Source: Hormiphora californensis
Taxonomy: Eukaryota > Animalia > Ctenophora
DNA length: 64,000 nt
Direction of reading: 5' to 3'
Assembly (NCBI GenBank): GCA_020137815.1
Contig: CM035360.1
Coordinates: 4,960,001-5,024,000 of the forward strand
Shown here: piece by piece, positions 13,101-28,435 of the stretch
How positions within the stretch are numbered: position 1 is the first letter of the stretch
Layout: each line of letters opens with the position of its first letter
Translations under genes and position numbers: made by a program
The notes under the pieces: model-generated
Told to the model about the DNA's origin: nothing
The model's input: only the letters and a program-made list of their open reading frames with translations
Databases searched by the model: none

Positions 13101-13857
13101 GCCCTCAGTGTGTATATCAACGGTCCTGGTGGAAATTATGAAGGTTAGACTCTCATTTTATATCAACCTAATAATCCTAAGCGATTAGGTGACTGAGATC
13201 AACATGGCTATCATGGTAAAAACAAACAAAACCATACAACAAAACTCTCTCCCCCAACAGGTTTGGACATACCAAATCAGATCGGGGTAGTGCTATTCTT
13301 CCTCAACTGTAATGCTGGCACCCTCATCTTCTGCTCCTGCAACAAGCAACTTAGAACGGTAGGTAGTACCCACTGGGTACAACGTGGGGTTGGGACGATT
13401 TGGGGTTGGGACGATTTGTTTCGGTCAGTAATGTGCAGTCTGTTATATTTTGCGCCCCATCTAGAACACATGTTTTATACTAAGCGACCTATTTGTGAAC
13501 CAGAAAACTTTCATTTCCCCCGTTACACAGGCACTAAGGAACGTGTTGTGTTGTGTTGGTGAGAAACACGCACTGAAGAAACTACACATGAAACAATCTG
13601 AGACACAGTAAGTAGCTGGCAGTACATTGTGTACAGCCTGAGTATACAGTTTAGACGCCGATGCAGTAGCTCCACAGCTATACCTAACAAAATACTCTAT
13701 TATAGGACTGTATTACAGGATTTTAGGACCAACTCAGAATAACACACCTCCCCTTTCTATTTATAGATTGCGAACCAACCGGTCCGAGGTGTCCTACGCC
13801 TCCCCACGCCTCAACTCTCCCCGGTCTGTGGACCGACTACCTGTTACAGCCGTCTAA
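10187..13857 (+). CDS. Class A (rhodopsin-like) GPCR, ~9 exons
   Basis: GT-AG exons at approx. 10187-10311, 10521-10611, 10931-11058, 11225-11359, 12488-12622, 13028-13144, 13261-13358, 13531-13607 and 13767-13857. They translate to seven hydrophobic segments: YFCVIFVVGMTLNILIT, SNMIFMSLVFVNSCTIVITIP, LCSIFGVVDNTVAVCSIWTLGLYAIDRL, IAIWLFSVALSLPP, FFVGAFPIPLTTICISYILIY, SLICMLPIFII and VLFFLNCNAGTLIFCSCNKQLR. The DR(L) motif, TM3 and ECL2 cysteines and a helix-8 Cys-Cys are present. Confidence 0.88.
11852..12363 (+). pseudogene. Emi1/FBXO5-like F-box protein with RL tail. Nested in GPCR intron 4; two +1 frameshifts (pseudogene or consensus errors)
   Basis: Removing one base near 11936 and one near 11973 gives MNTPRISP..SLLILPVELLAHILSYLPLPDLVRTSSTCSTLRSLV (F-box)..DQEN..KFRTPVAA..DKRSKKRLRRL*. 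The tail matches the Emi1 C-terminus SKKNLRRL. Confidence 0.7.
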
Positions 13858-14231
13858 CAACCATGAAACGACCTGGATAACAACAGTTCGTCGCTAAGCA
13901 ACCATGAAACGACCCATAGCAACCAATACAACAGTTCCTCGCTTAGCAACCATGAAACGACACAACCAATAAAACAGTTCGTCACAATTTGGATAAATAT
14001 TCTGATCCGTGCTGAACAAACTTAATGTACATGGTGCTGTACCTGCAGTAGCATGTCTCCATGGCAAAATTAAACTCTACTTTTATCTTTCAACATTTGA
14101 TTGACATTAGAAATAAATGCCTGGCGTCGTTGATTCTCAGATCGGGTCGGCGCCGCCAGACAGATAAATAACGAATAATATTAAATTAAAAAACTGTCTT
14201 TTTATGCGAGTCTCTTTCAGTATGTTGGTCA

Positions 14232-17200
14232 CTACGTCATTAGTCGTGACGTCACCATCGCCATGGTAACCATAGTTACCGTTGCCATGAGAGAGGGATA
14301 TGTGGTTGCTAGGGAACCTGAAGTGTCATTCGCTACTGTCCCCTTACAAAATACTGTGTTTAGAGTGGGGTCCCAGTATAGCCCTTTTTGGTCGTCGTTT
14401 AATTTTTTACCTGCAGAAAATTGTGTGGTGTTAGGGCCGGGGTGGTAGTGATATTGGATATAAGTGATTCTAAAGACAGAGAAAGGTTTTCTCAAGTATC
14501 GCCGATTGTTTTTTTCAGGCCTCTGATCACAGTTCTCGCTGTGTTAGGCCAATACTCTGATAGCGACTGTTCAAACTTACGTTGGACCCCGTACTTATTT
14601 TTCCAATCCCCATCATTAGTAAGTAGACAAGCACGGAAGGCGGAGCCAAGGAGAGTCAATCCAGGGTTACACACTATTGTAACTGCAAAAACGAGGGTTA
14701 CACACACATCGTCCAGGGTGCGGTGAGACAGGGTCGGACAAGGCAAAATATTACCTCCACACAAAGAATAAAACTTACCAGAACTTTTTTCTTTAAAAAG
14801 GCCGGTGCTGCCATCAGGACCACCTCCGATATAATACGCGTTCAAGTTCTTAGCTTTCGCTGGGTCAATACATCCAGCTGCGTAGTATTTGAGTATAATA
14901 ATTGAAAAACCTTAATTATATCGTTTATTCGGGGCCTGGTAAGGCCCCCCGACCCGAATATAACCCAAACTCAACCCATCCCCCCTAAAACATCCCCCCT
15001 AAAACTAAAACAACGGGGCCGAGCCGACAGGCCCTTAATACCAGATGAAAAAAAAACCATAAAACCATAAACCATAAACCATAAACCATAACCATAACCA
15101 TAGATATTTTTAGAGTGAAAGTTTTGAAGCCCCCTGAAGTAGTAGAGAGGTGTTCTATGGCTCGTTGGAAAGGTCTCGAGGTCCCGCGACGTATAGGGGG
15201 TGTGGCGATGGCCATACCCAAACCTATAAGGGGTAGGACGCGAAAAACAGTCAAAATAAGGGGTATACAGAACTCGGCAATTAGAAGGAGTAGAAAGATG
15301 TTCTAGGGTGCGTTCGAAAGCTCTCGAGGTGCTGAAGTAATTGGAATGTAATTGGAAGTAATTACATGTAATTAAAATGTAATTACATGTAATTAAAGGG
15401 TAATTACATGTAATTAAAAGGTCTAAATGACCCCAAATGACAATTCAGACATATTTTGACATATTTGGAGGCCCTGAGACCAGCGGGTGGCAAAATTTAA
15501 TCCGGTTTCGGGTCGGCTGACGTAAAAACTCCGCGTTTTGGTCGAGGTATTTCAAGAAACCTTTTTCAAGGTATGAGCAGAATGCCTCTGAAATCCAATG
15601 GGATATTATCCGTGTCAGATACAGTAGGACCCCGATTTACCTGGCCTGGTTTACCGGGCGCCAAACCCTATCCCCGAGCATTCTAGTAAATCGGGGCCCG
15701 ACTTTGCATGTTAGTTTCTCACCCGTGCACGTATGGTAGGCTAAATTCTTGGCATCGGTATATTCTTCTTTGTCGGGGTCTTTCATGGCTATAGCTTCGG
15801 GTAGGTACCCGTTATCTGTGCAGTACACCCAACTAGGTTTTGTGCTAGTTCCATTCGTCGTGGAGAAACCATAGTGGCAATTCAACAAGATCTCTGCAGG
15901 GAGACATTGGGTAGGGGGGGGGGGTATTGAGTGGGGGGAGAAACCATAGTGGCAATTCAACAAGATCTCTGGGGGGGGACATTGGGTAGGGGGAGAGAAG
16001 GGACATTGGGTAGGGGGGGGGGGTATTGAGTGGGGAGAGAAGGGACATTGTGTGGGGGGGGGGGGGGTATTGAGTGGGGGGAGAAACCATAGTGGCAATT
16101 CAACAAGATCTCTGGGGAGAGAAGGGGCATTGGGTAGGGACTAGGGAGAGAAGGGAGAAGAGTGGGGGGAACCATAGTGGCAATTCAACAAGATCTCTGC
16201 AGGGGGGGGGGGAGGGGGGTATTGAGTGGGGGGAGAAACCATAGTGGCAATTCAACAAGATCTCTGCAGGGGGAGAAGGGACATTGTGTGGGGGGGGGTA
16301 TTGAGTGGGGGGAGAAACCATAGTGACAATTCAACAAGATATCTGGGGAGAGAAGGGACATTGGGTAGGGGGAGAGAAGGGACATTGGGTAGGGAGAGAA
16401 AAGGGACATTGGGTAGGGAGAGAAGGAAATCAAAACGGGGTCTGGCGCGGTGCCATACAGCAGCTCCACTATACGTACTGGATGTTGGTAGACGTTGGAC
16501 GGGTGCTTTAAAGTTGTCCAGGGATAGAGAGCCCTTGGGGTATTCCACATCGTAGTTATAGTTACCCAACCAAGCCTAGGAATTACACATGACCATGTTA
16601 ATGATAATACACAACCATGTTAATGATAATACACAACCATGTTAATGATAATCATAGCACTGGCAAGTGCCCCGGGCCCAAAAGGGGGGTGTGGGGGCGC
16701 AGCCCCCACCTTAAACGGGGGTGTGGGGGCAGAGCCCCCACCTTAGAAATACCCTCTAACTCAAAAAATAAAAGAGAGAGCACACGCAACACTTCTACAC
16801 ACAAGCGCGTTAACCTGCCAGTGCTACTATATACCATTGCAAATTTCGGGGTTTTTGATGCTTTAAAAATGCATGTTCCAGATGAATTAGAGGGATGAAA
16901 TTTTGTACTCTAAGGGCCCTCATATAGGAGAAGAGGCATACAAAATTTCAGAATGATCGGATGTAAGGTAAAAATTTGCCAGAGGGGTCCCAAAATGCAA
17001 AAATGTAAGGGAGGGGACGGGAAACCAGAAATAGTAGAGACTTGCCGTTTGGAACATTGGTTCCTTGCATTATTTGGCGTGGTATAGGCTATGTGAAAAC
17101 TTCGAAATCGCCATAGTTCATTAATTATTCATTAATTATTCATTAATTATTCATTTTAATAACTTAATTGCGTTATATTTCCACTTCGGCTCGTCCTAAA

Positions 17201-20065
17201 ACGTTTTCATGGGTATATTCCGACTCAAAATAGTCGATTTATGGGGGGTCGTCCCCCGGACAAAAAATCGTATCTCGCACCGTTTAGCCATTATTTGCAT
17301 ATTTATGCTCAAATTCATGATTTTATGCATAACCGTTAAAATGTCCACTTCGGCTGACCCTAGAACGTTTTCTTGGGTATTTTCCGACTCAAAATAGTCG
17401 ATTTATGGGGGGTCGTCCCCCGGACAAAAATTCGTATCTCGCACCGTTTAGCCGTTATTTGCATATTTATGCTCAAATTTATGCATATTCTTTAAAATTT
17501 CCACTTCGGCTGACCCTAGAACGTTTTCTTGGGTATATTCCGACTCAAAATAGTCGATTTGTGGGGGGTCGTCCCCCGGACAAAAATTCGTATCTCGCAC
17601 CGTTTAGCCGTTATTTGCATATTTATGCTCAAATTCATGATTTTATGCATACCGTAATCTGGGGTAACTTTGTTTTGCAGGGTAACTTTGGACACTTTCA
17701 AAATTTGGCTTTTGTCCAAAATTACCAACAGATAACGACAGATTTGGCATAATTTTTGGGTGTACAAGTAATTGACCCACAAATATCTAACTAACGGTAC
17801 AATTATTTTTTCAATTCTATGCTAATTAACTCCTAATTAGGGGCAAACATAATTGATGTCAAAATCGCTAAAAATGTTCAAATCAAAATGGGTACCATAG
17901 ATTTGACCGGGCTAATGACCGAATCAAGTTTGCTCCATAGAGTGGAGGGGTTTCGATCAAATAATTCGGGGCACCATTTTTCAAACCCGATCAATTACTT
18001 TAATTGAGACTAATAGGGGTGGCTAATGTTACCCCACCATTTTTTGAATTTGGGGTAACTTTGGACGGGGTGCCAAAGTTACCCCACACTACAGGTTTTG
18101 TACTTTTGGTGTCTGCAGAGTTGCCTTAGACCCTCTCTGAATTGTTTAGGGCCATATAACCAAGATTCAGCCCACTCAACGCCCATTTCCATCCATCTAT
18201 TCGATATGTTAGTAAAAAAACTAGGATTTGGAGTATTTTATGAAGCTAAATCACAGAAATCCGGCATGAAACCCATCAAACTTCAATAATTTGGGGTTCC
18301 TTATCTATCCTGTAGCTTGTTAGATGGTATTGGATCTCTAGGCGAATGTTTTAGCTCTTGTAGACAATCTATGCAGGAGCATGGAGATACCAAAACTCCT
18401 TTATTTAGCCAGTACCCATAAGTAGACCACTTCCTGTCTATCCAATTCAGTAAAAAGAACTAACAAATTCGCCTAGAGGGCCAATACACTCTACCAAACT
18501 TAAAACTACAGGGTGGATGAGGAACCCCAAATTACTGAAGTGTGCAGTGATGGGTTTCAGACCGGATGTGGCAACCTCTAAATCAAGTCCGATTGAGCTG
18601 AAATTTTATTTCGTTGCTAGTTTCATCATTCCTCATACCCAAAAAAGTTGGGTCGACATCACCCTGTTGTACTTTTTTAATTTATTGGCCCATTTAAACC
18701 CCATTTAAACATTTTATGTTCATTTATTTATCATTGCAAAATGTTCGGATTTATGTTTGTTCCAATATTACTATCGTGGGGTAACTTTGGACGGGTGTCC
18801 AAAGTTACCCCACCCTCATTCCAAAGTTACCCCATGCCCTAAAACCCCACTTACACTAAAATACACGTTAATTAATGTAATTAAATGAGAGGGGACCAAA
18901 AATTTCACTAGTTATATCTGGTGTACTAGGTCTGGAACGGGATTATTTGGTCCAAAAATTTTCGAGTGTGGTTCTGGCAAGGAGTTATTTTAGGAGAATG
19001 CTAAAAAGTGGTACAAAGTTACCCCAACTTACGGTACCCTTTAAAATTTCCACTTCGGCTGACCCTAAAACGTTTTCTTGGGTATATTCCGACTCAAAAT
19101 AGTCGATTTATTACACCAAAAAGAACAGAAATTTAGTCCAAAAACCAATTAAATAAATTAGTTTGGATGCCCGGGCCCATTTGGTGTCACGGGGGTAAAA
19201 CCTTTAGGCTACTGTCATAAATGATGAATATCGAGAGAGATAAAGAAAAACAAATTGTGATATAAAGAGTGAGATATATCGAGAAAGACGGAGAGATAGT
19301 AAGAGAAATATAAATAAAAGAGAGAAAAAAAGAGAAAGAGGGAAATATGGAGGTGGAGAGTGGGAGAAAGAGGAAAAGAGGGAGAAAGAGATAGAGGGAT
19401 GGAGAGAAAGAGAAAAGAAAAACGAGAGATGTGTATTGAAAAATAAACGAGATATGCCATTATTTATGACAGTAGCCTAAAGGTTTTACCCCCGTGACAC
19501 CAAATGGGCCCGGGCATCCAAACTAATTTATTTAATTGGTTTTTGGACTAAATACACAACCATGTTAATGATAATACACAACAATGCCTAGGAACAAAAC
19601 CTTTCAGGCCAATGCTTTGACAGAACACAACCATGTTAAGGACAAAGTGTATGGGTGTGGACTGTTATAGCATGGAGCAAACTGTTAAAATAGGGGGTTT
19701 GTATGAAAGACTCTGTCAGGCCAATACTCTGACAATGAGCACTTGATCCCGGGACCCGGATCCGGGTTGCGTTTGAAATAAAAAATGAGACCCAACCAAG
19801 ATCAAGTCTTAACTTATCAAAATACCATCTAAAACTCTCCAAAACTCTCTAAAACTTACAGCAGGTATTTTTGGACACCCTTCAGCACAGAAGGACCGAA
19901 AGTTGGTGAAAATGTCAGGGTAAAATATGCCATTGTTACAGTAGACAGTTATACTTCCCGCGGGGCGATTCTTTTCATCGATCTTTCCCAGGTAGTCAAT
20001 GTGGTCCCCAACCCTGAAGAGTGAAAGGTTTGTGGAAGAAAGAGAGAGAGGGAGAGGGAGAGAGA

Positions 20066-20113
<48 letters not shown>

Positions 20114-20984
20114 TGGAAAGAGAAGAGACAGATGATACTCACGAATGAATGCATCTTGGATCATCCTTCATGCCATAATTGTCTTCCCAAAATGTCTTGA
20201 CTTTACCCTTCAGATCGCCTACATTGGCGGGTTCAATGTTCCGGAACCTGTTTTGGAACGTCCACGTGCTTATCTAGGTGGGGATTTATTGAGTAATAAT
20301 ATGTGGGGAGAAGTTGTGGATCGTATTGAGATCATAGGGCCGGAGGCTTCTCGCCCAACAAACTAAACTCCTGTTTGGATAACCCGCTCTAGCTTGTTGT
20401 TCTCCACCCCTCAACAACTCTGAGCACATTGTCACGCGTCCATCTTATACATACTGACTTGTTGACTCAACAACATCTGACCCCTACCTGACACTCGACA
20501 AAGATGGTCGCGTCATGTAGCATTGCTGTGCCATCTGTGGTTAGTGCTGCTGTTTCTGAGACCGGTGTCAGGGTCAGCTCATACCTCCACTCATCAGGAA
20601 GCGGACAGATCGCATTCCCTCGAACTGGGGGTGATATATATCGTTATTGTTGGTGGTACACCTCAGGCATTGACGGACGAGAACAGCGGTCAGAGCATTG
20701 GCCTGACATTGACCCAATTACAACACACGAGCCGACAAACTGGGAACATTTCAACCCCCATGCGTCGTTCCCAGCGTCCAAAACTAACAATGTATGCTTT
20801 TTTAGACGCTGTGAACCACGCTAAGTCGCCTGACACTGTGGACGACACAAGGGGAGCGCTATGCGTGTGGCTCAATATATAACGGAGTACCACTGTTATG
20901 CAGTCTGTGTGGTTGGCACCCCCGCTCCTAGTACAATAAATTACCTGCGGTAACAAGGATCAAAGATAACAAGATAATATACAT
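14232..20984 (-). CDS. Secreted, possibly GPI-anchored protein with divergent sushi/CCP-like cysteine modules (~9 exons)
   Basis: Signal peptide MYIILLSLILVTAVRG (ATG at 20984). Frame-consistent exons encode NAICPLPDEW..TIFVECQ | ISTWTFQNRF..DPRCIHS | ..ITVYCNNGIFYP..FCAEGCPKIPA | AWLGNYNYD.. | ILLNCHYGFS..VYCTDNGYLP..HTCT | ..AAGCIDPAKA.. | VTIVCNPGLTLLGSAFRACLL..W | ..LYWDPTLNTVFCKG, then a hydrophobic C-terminal tail. Stop at 14232. Confidence 0.7.
15622..15707. mobile_element. Mini pogo/Tigger-like MITE; related copy at ~46711-46797
   Basis: TA-CAGTAGGACCCCGATTTAC...GTAAATCGGGGCCCGACT. The second copy ends TAAATCGGGGTCCGACTG-TA. Confidence 0.65.
15865..16430. repeat. Complex tandem repeat with six copies of a 31-bp unit spanning a splice acceptor and exon start
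   Basis: GAAACCATAGTGGCAATTCAACAAGATCTCT at ~15865, 15940, 16083, 16169, 16235 and 16314, interleaved with GGGACATTGGGTAGGG and GGTATTGAGTGGGG subunits. Confidence 0.9.
16651..19551 (-). mobile_element. Helentron/HINE-like non-autonomous element with internal ~160-bp tandem repeats
   Basis: Interrupts the host 22-bp repeat ACACAACCATGTTAATGATAAT without a TSD (TT site on the minus strand). It has 12-bp subterminal inverted repeats TGCCCGGGCCCA (~16668) / TGGGCCCGGGCA (~19505) and a terminal hairpin GCACTggcaAGTGC. Tandem units are at ~17178, 17340, 17497 and 19043. Confidence 0.55.
17652..19034. mobile_element. Non-autonomous Tc1/mariner-pogo-type DNA transposon nested in the element above
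   Basis: TA TSD (17650-51 and 19035-36). TIRs CCGTAATCTGGGGTAACTTTG / CAAAGTTACCCCAACTTACGG. The motif GGGTAACTTTG recurs internally in both orientations. No transposase ORF. Confidence 0.85.
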
Positions 20985-21315
20985 CTCTCCACAACAAGGT
21001 CTGCTGTAACTAGTCTCTCCAATACTCTACTAGGGAGACTTTTCTAAAGTATCTCTCGGAGTAGCTACAGGGCAAACAACATGTAGACAAAGCGAGTCAT
21101 GAAATATATAGGAGTGTGTTGGTGAATCGGGTCCGTGGATAATATCAAAAGATATTTCGGGTAACACTGGTGACAGCAGGGAAAACTTGATCTGTCCCTT
21201 GATCTTGTGTCATGACTAATAATTAGAGTGGTCAAATATATGAAGGTTAAGTCCAAATAAAAAACACGTTATCTCAAGGGGTTGATAAAAACAAGAATTA
21301 AACGCAGTTAATAAG

Positions 21316-24093
<2,778 letters not shown>

Positions 24094-24538
24094 ACCTGGA
24101 AACACACACAAGCTCTGTGTTACTAGCTCCTTATTAGTTAATTAATTAATCAATCAATCAATCAATTAATTAACTCACATCTTATCGAAAATAATGCAAT
24201 GGGGTCTTTGTAAAGGTTTGGTTTACATTAAAAAAGTGTCACAAATCACGAGAACTAGGTACAAAATATCTCTCTTTCCCATGTCGACAAAATATTTTCT
24301 TATAAAAAGTATGCTAACAAATACCACACACAAACGATCACAAAACTTTAATAGCTCTAATATAATATGCGAACTATTAATTGTTTAATATGAGTGATAA
24401 AAATTCCAAAAGTATTTCTCTCAAAATATAGGAAAATCACGTCCCTAGTAATATATCAGCAACTCCGATATGGAGAACAATCAACACTATCGTCGACAAC
24501 TCTCCCTTCCCCTTTAATCCATCTACCTAACGTACTCT

Positions 24539-26449
24539 CTAGTATCCCTGCCTTGGTTGTAAAACTGACATACAAAACTCATAGGTTGCATTAATTATCC
24601 CCCAGGTTATTAGTGCACGAGTGAAGTTTAGCTGGACCCCATAGTAGATGGATCTTATCTTGTAGTTCCGCTCTACCAACACTGCCTAGGGGTGGAGTTG
24701 TGAATTAATGAGATATAGAATTTGCAAACATCTCACAGAGTATAAAATGTTGCCAAGTTAGAGTTGAACAAAACAAATAAAATGCTTACAAGTTTGTTTG
24801 ATTGATTGCAATGACACATTTATCTACCTTGCCTTAAAATGCTCGACAATGTCTGTTGGTAATGTAAAGGAGGGTTCAGCACCTACCTTGCAAGATGATA
24901 TGAGGGACTGGTTTTGGCGGGTCATCTGTTTCTGCTGATAACTCTTCACCACGTTGACAGGGTATATCAAACTGCTGTTCAGACCACCTGATGGGAGAGA
25001 TAGAGAGATAGAAAGAGAGATACATAGGGGTACACAGAGTGAGAGAGGTGAAATATTTTTGGCCTGCATTAATATAGCTGCAGCTATAATAGTGCAACAG
25101 TGTGTAAGCAATTTTCGGTTGGGCAACAGCTTAGACACACTTGTCATGTTCTAACCCTCCTTTACATTTGTAAAGGGATAGGGGTCGAGCTAGGCAAGTA
25201 CACACATACCTAGCATGGCTCCACAGATAAAATCATTCAGGAAGCGGGTTTGTTTAGAAGATCCCGTGGGTAGCAAATCCCGGAGTGGGGATCGCAGTAG
25301 AAAGAAGAGGGAGTTTGTCGTGCAGTTGCGGATTAGAATCAAGCTAAGTCCTCTATACCACATGCTAATACTTTTCAGATGGTGCCTGGTAAAGAAAGAG
25401 GAAAGGGTTTCAGTTTTTGTAGGATTTACAAATACCAACAGCACACTTCAGTAGAGAATGTAAAATCATGAGCACACATAAGAAACACAAAACTACATAA
25501 TTACCTAATTAGTAATTACCTAATTAGTAATTACCTACCGTAGATCAAGAGTGTTCTTTATTTTCCCGTGGAATGCCGGGGTTAGAAGTAAGCTCTGGCC
25601 CCTCTCAAAGGGCGTCCCCAGCATGGCTTCACTAACACCAGTTAGACATGAGGCGAGAATTGTCCGTTGTGTTGGGTTCGACACACTGGCAGGGAGTTTC
25701 TGAAAATATATATAGTTTCAGTACTGGAGAGTGTAAAATGTTTCTGAAAATACAATAATTCCATCAAGAGTGTCTAACTAGTGTGCTTTGAGTACTCTTT
25801 TCCGGATGAAATGTAGAGATAATAATAGACATTGTGAGACATGCAGTGAACTGTGAGACATTATTATATGCAGTGATAGGAGAAATGTGCATGTTGGAAG
25901 GTGGAATGAAGCCAAAACAGAGCTGTTTTAACTTAATCAAGAGAGTTTTGTGAGTCACAAGTGTATAAAATGTTCTGAAAATTGGAAACAATTAGCAAAC
26001 ATAATATCGAATTTTGTAACCATAGCAACCTTTCTCGCATGGTAACCATAGCAACCTTTCTCACCTGGTGATAAGTCTCGTAGAGGCCCCACATTAGGCA
26101 GACCTGTCCGGACTTGTTGCAGAGGGGCAGGGCGAGACCTCGGAATAGCATTGATGCACCCTCCTTACGGACCTGATGGGGTGGGAATAATAAGGATAAG
26201 CGAGAAGATCTTGCGATAAAAAGCGGTGATGTCCATGCAAGCGGTGATGTCCATGCAAGAGAGAATCATATCATGGACACAAAATTAAGCTCTATATACC
26301 TGTCGTAGTGCCATTCTAAAGTTGACTCCATAGATTTGTTGTCTAAAGATGACTTTGTTGATAGGGAATGTGATTGTAACGTTAGTTATCCCCGCAATCC
26401 AGCCAGACAGGTAGTGCGGCCATACCGCCTGGCCGCCGCCTACACCCAT
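24539..26449 (-). CDS. SLC25A51: Mitochondrial carrier, SLC25A51/MCART1-like (NAD+ transporter family), ~6 exons
   Basis: HYLSGWIAGITNVTITFPINKVIFRQQ, LFRGLALPL, EAMLGTPFERGQSLL, WYRGLSLILIRN..FFLLRSP, NDFICGAMLG, YPVNVVKSYQQ and IYYGVQLNFTRALITWGIINATYEF. Three carrier repeats with MCART1-type signatures. Confidence 0.88.
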
Positions 26450-26969
26450 CTACATGCTAGATGAGGAGTGAGGTATTAGTATAGGGTGAGGTATGTGGTC
26501 AGTGTTGTCAGATTTGGGAATGCATGAACCAGAGAAGACGGGGGATTGTAGTCGGGAGAGTGGACAGGTAGTGCTAGCAAAAAAAGGTCATAGTTTAGGA
26601 CATAAAATAGTAATATCTTAGCATAAGAATGTTAAAAACGTGAAATAAAATTTAAACAAATAATTCAAACTGTCTCCAAGACAGAGAAGAGAGGTCTAAG
26701 GTACTTTGCAAATAAAGTACGCAGCTAAGCGCTACTGCTAAACTCGAGCTCAATAAGGTTCTCAAGTCATTTCCGCAAAGGCAACACCTACTATAACTGT
26801 CCAGTAGTAGACAAATAAATACGACACAGTCGATACATATTACACACACAGAAATAACTCTCCGCACAGTCAGTTTTACATACCTACAGTCTTCACACAA
26901 ACACAAACAATTGTGTTTAATATCACTATGGTCACGCACTCTTCATATGTTACTATGGTAACACACACA

Positions 26970-28435
26970 TCACGTGAACATGAGCGTAGATTGGGCCCAT
27001 TTTTGTACCGCACTGGGGAGATTGCATGTTTTCACTATGGTCATCAAGTCCATGATATCCACGTTGAGATACATTTGCCGGTAATCCTTCTGAACCTTTC
27101 CCTGCCGGGATGACAAGTTTCGGACAAGTTGGCATTGGGTTAGTTTCTCGACTGCTCGCACCGCCAGATCTCGATTAGGAATGGCGTTCAGCTTACTTCC
27201 TTCAAACGTAACAAACTGAGAGGGAATGGGGTGGTTAGAGGGGATTTATATGATAATAGGGGGCCCTAAGACTTATTGTAGTAGCTACCCTCGCTCCTAT
27301 ATAACTAAACTAACCGTAACCGCACTTTTAGAATTGACGACCCCTCTCCATCAACATGCCCCCAGCCCATAATACAGGTTACCCCAAAACCAGACCCTCC
27401 TCTCACTTAATATGCCCACCAAAATCAAAACCAACTCACCTCCTTGTACTCGTAGAGGACCATCTCCAAGTTGAAGGGTTGGTTAGCATGCCTAGCAGAG
27501 AGACGAGCCATAGCAATCAACAGACTGCACTCCAGCTTACTCAGACTTCTGATCAACACTGCCACCGAATCTTTAAAATAACTGACCAACCGACCCTCAA
27601 ACCCCTCAATGTTGATCTTGGGAGAAGTCGCATCGAGGTCCACTGCAATCCAAAACAAAATGTTTTTGAGAACTTTGATATTCCTGGTGAAGTTATAGAT
27701 ACGCTCCAAATAAACTCGAATCTTGTTCCCCTCCGTATCATTTAGTGTCTTTTTAACCTCTTTACACCACGATGACGATTTGATGGTGGAAGGGCACAAC
27801 AGTTCCTCCACCACCACCATATAACTATCAAATGTGTCAGGTCCGTAGAGGTAGAGCTGGCGATGGGAGAACCGGGATTTAACTCTCTTCTCCATAAGCT
27901 CCATGACATCCTGTCTACATGTTAAACCCACCACCGCAAGAGGTGTCGATTTGGATTGTGATAGATCGAATAAGTTGTACAGGAGGTGTTGGTTATGGTG
28001 CTGGGTAAACAGATCAAATTCATCCAAAATGAACACCACCGATTGGTTGCCCTTGCCCCCGGAGCTCAGGGTTTCCAGGAGAAATGTCATGGTTGCTGCA
28101 AAGGATGTCAAGTTGAGATCCTCCAATTTCTCCTCTGAGCACATCTGTTTAGCAATCTCCTTGAGCGCCTGTTGGTCAGTCTCACAGACATACCCGTTCA
28201 GATAGACAAATACAAAGGATGTGATGCAGTTACTCCTGATTTTATCGAGAGTGTAATTGACGAGGGATGACTTCCCAGAGCCCCGTGGTCCTATGAGGAG
28301 GCAGGAGTTTCCCTCACCGTTATTTATTGTACTGAGCAGCAAATCGTAAAGCTGGGTCTGCACTGATTCACTGTTGATAGGCAGCACGTCTGATGCCCGC
28401 AACTCCTTCAGTATGGCTTCTTTAACCCCGCTCAT
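26970..28435 (-). CDS. ORC4: Origin recognition complex subunit 4 (two coding exons; intron 27216-27439)
   Basis: GEGNSCLLIGPRGSGKS (Walker A), VYLNGY, FILDEFDLF..QHLLYNLFD (Walker B), GLTCRQDVMELMEKRVKSRFSHR, LSKLECSLLIAM..FNLEMVLYEY. Exon 2 ends LPSAVQKWAQSTLMFT*. Confidence 0.95.

Noticed and set aside
10187-13857. Opsin assignment for the GPCR
   Set aside because: No lysine at the TM7 retinal-binding position.
15865-16345. CRISPR-like array of ~31-bp direct repeats
   Set aside because: The spacers are mutually related G-rich subrepeats of variable length, the repeat is an exon boundary, the context is eukaryotic and there are no cas genes.
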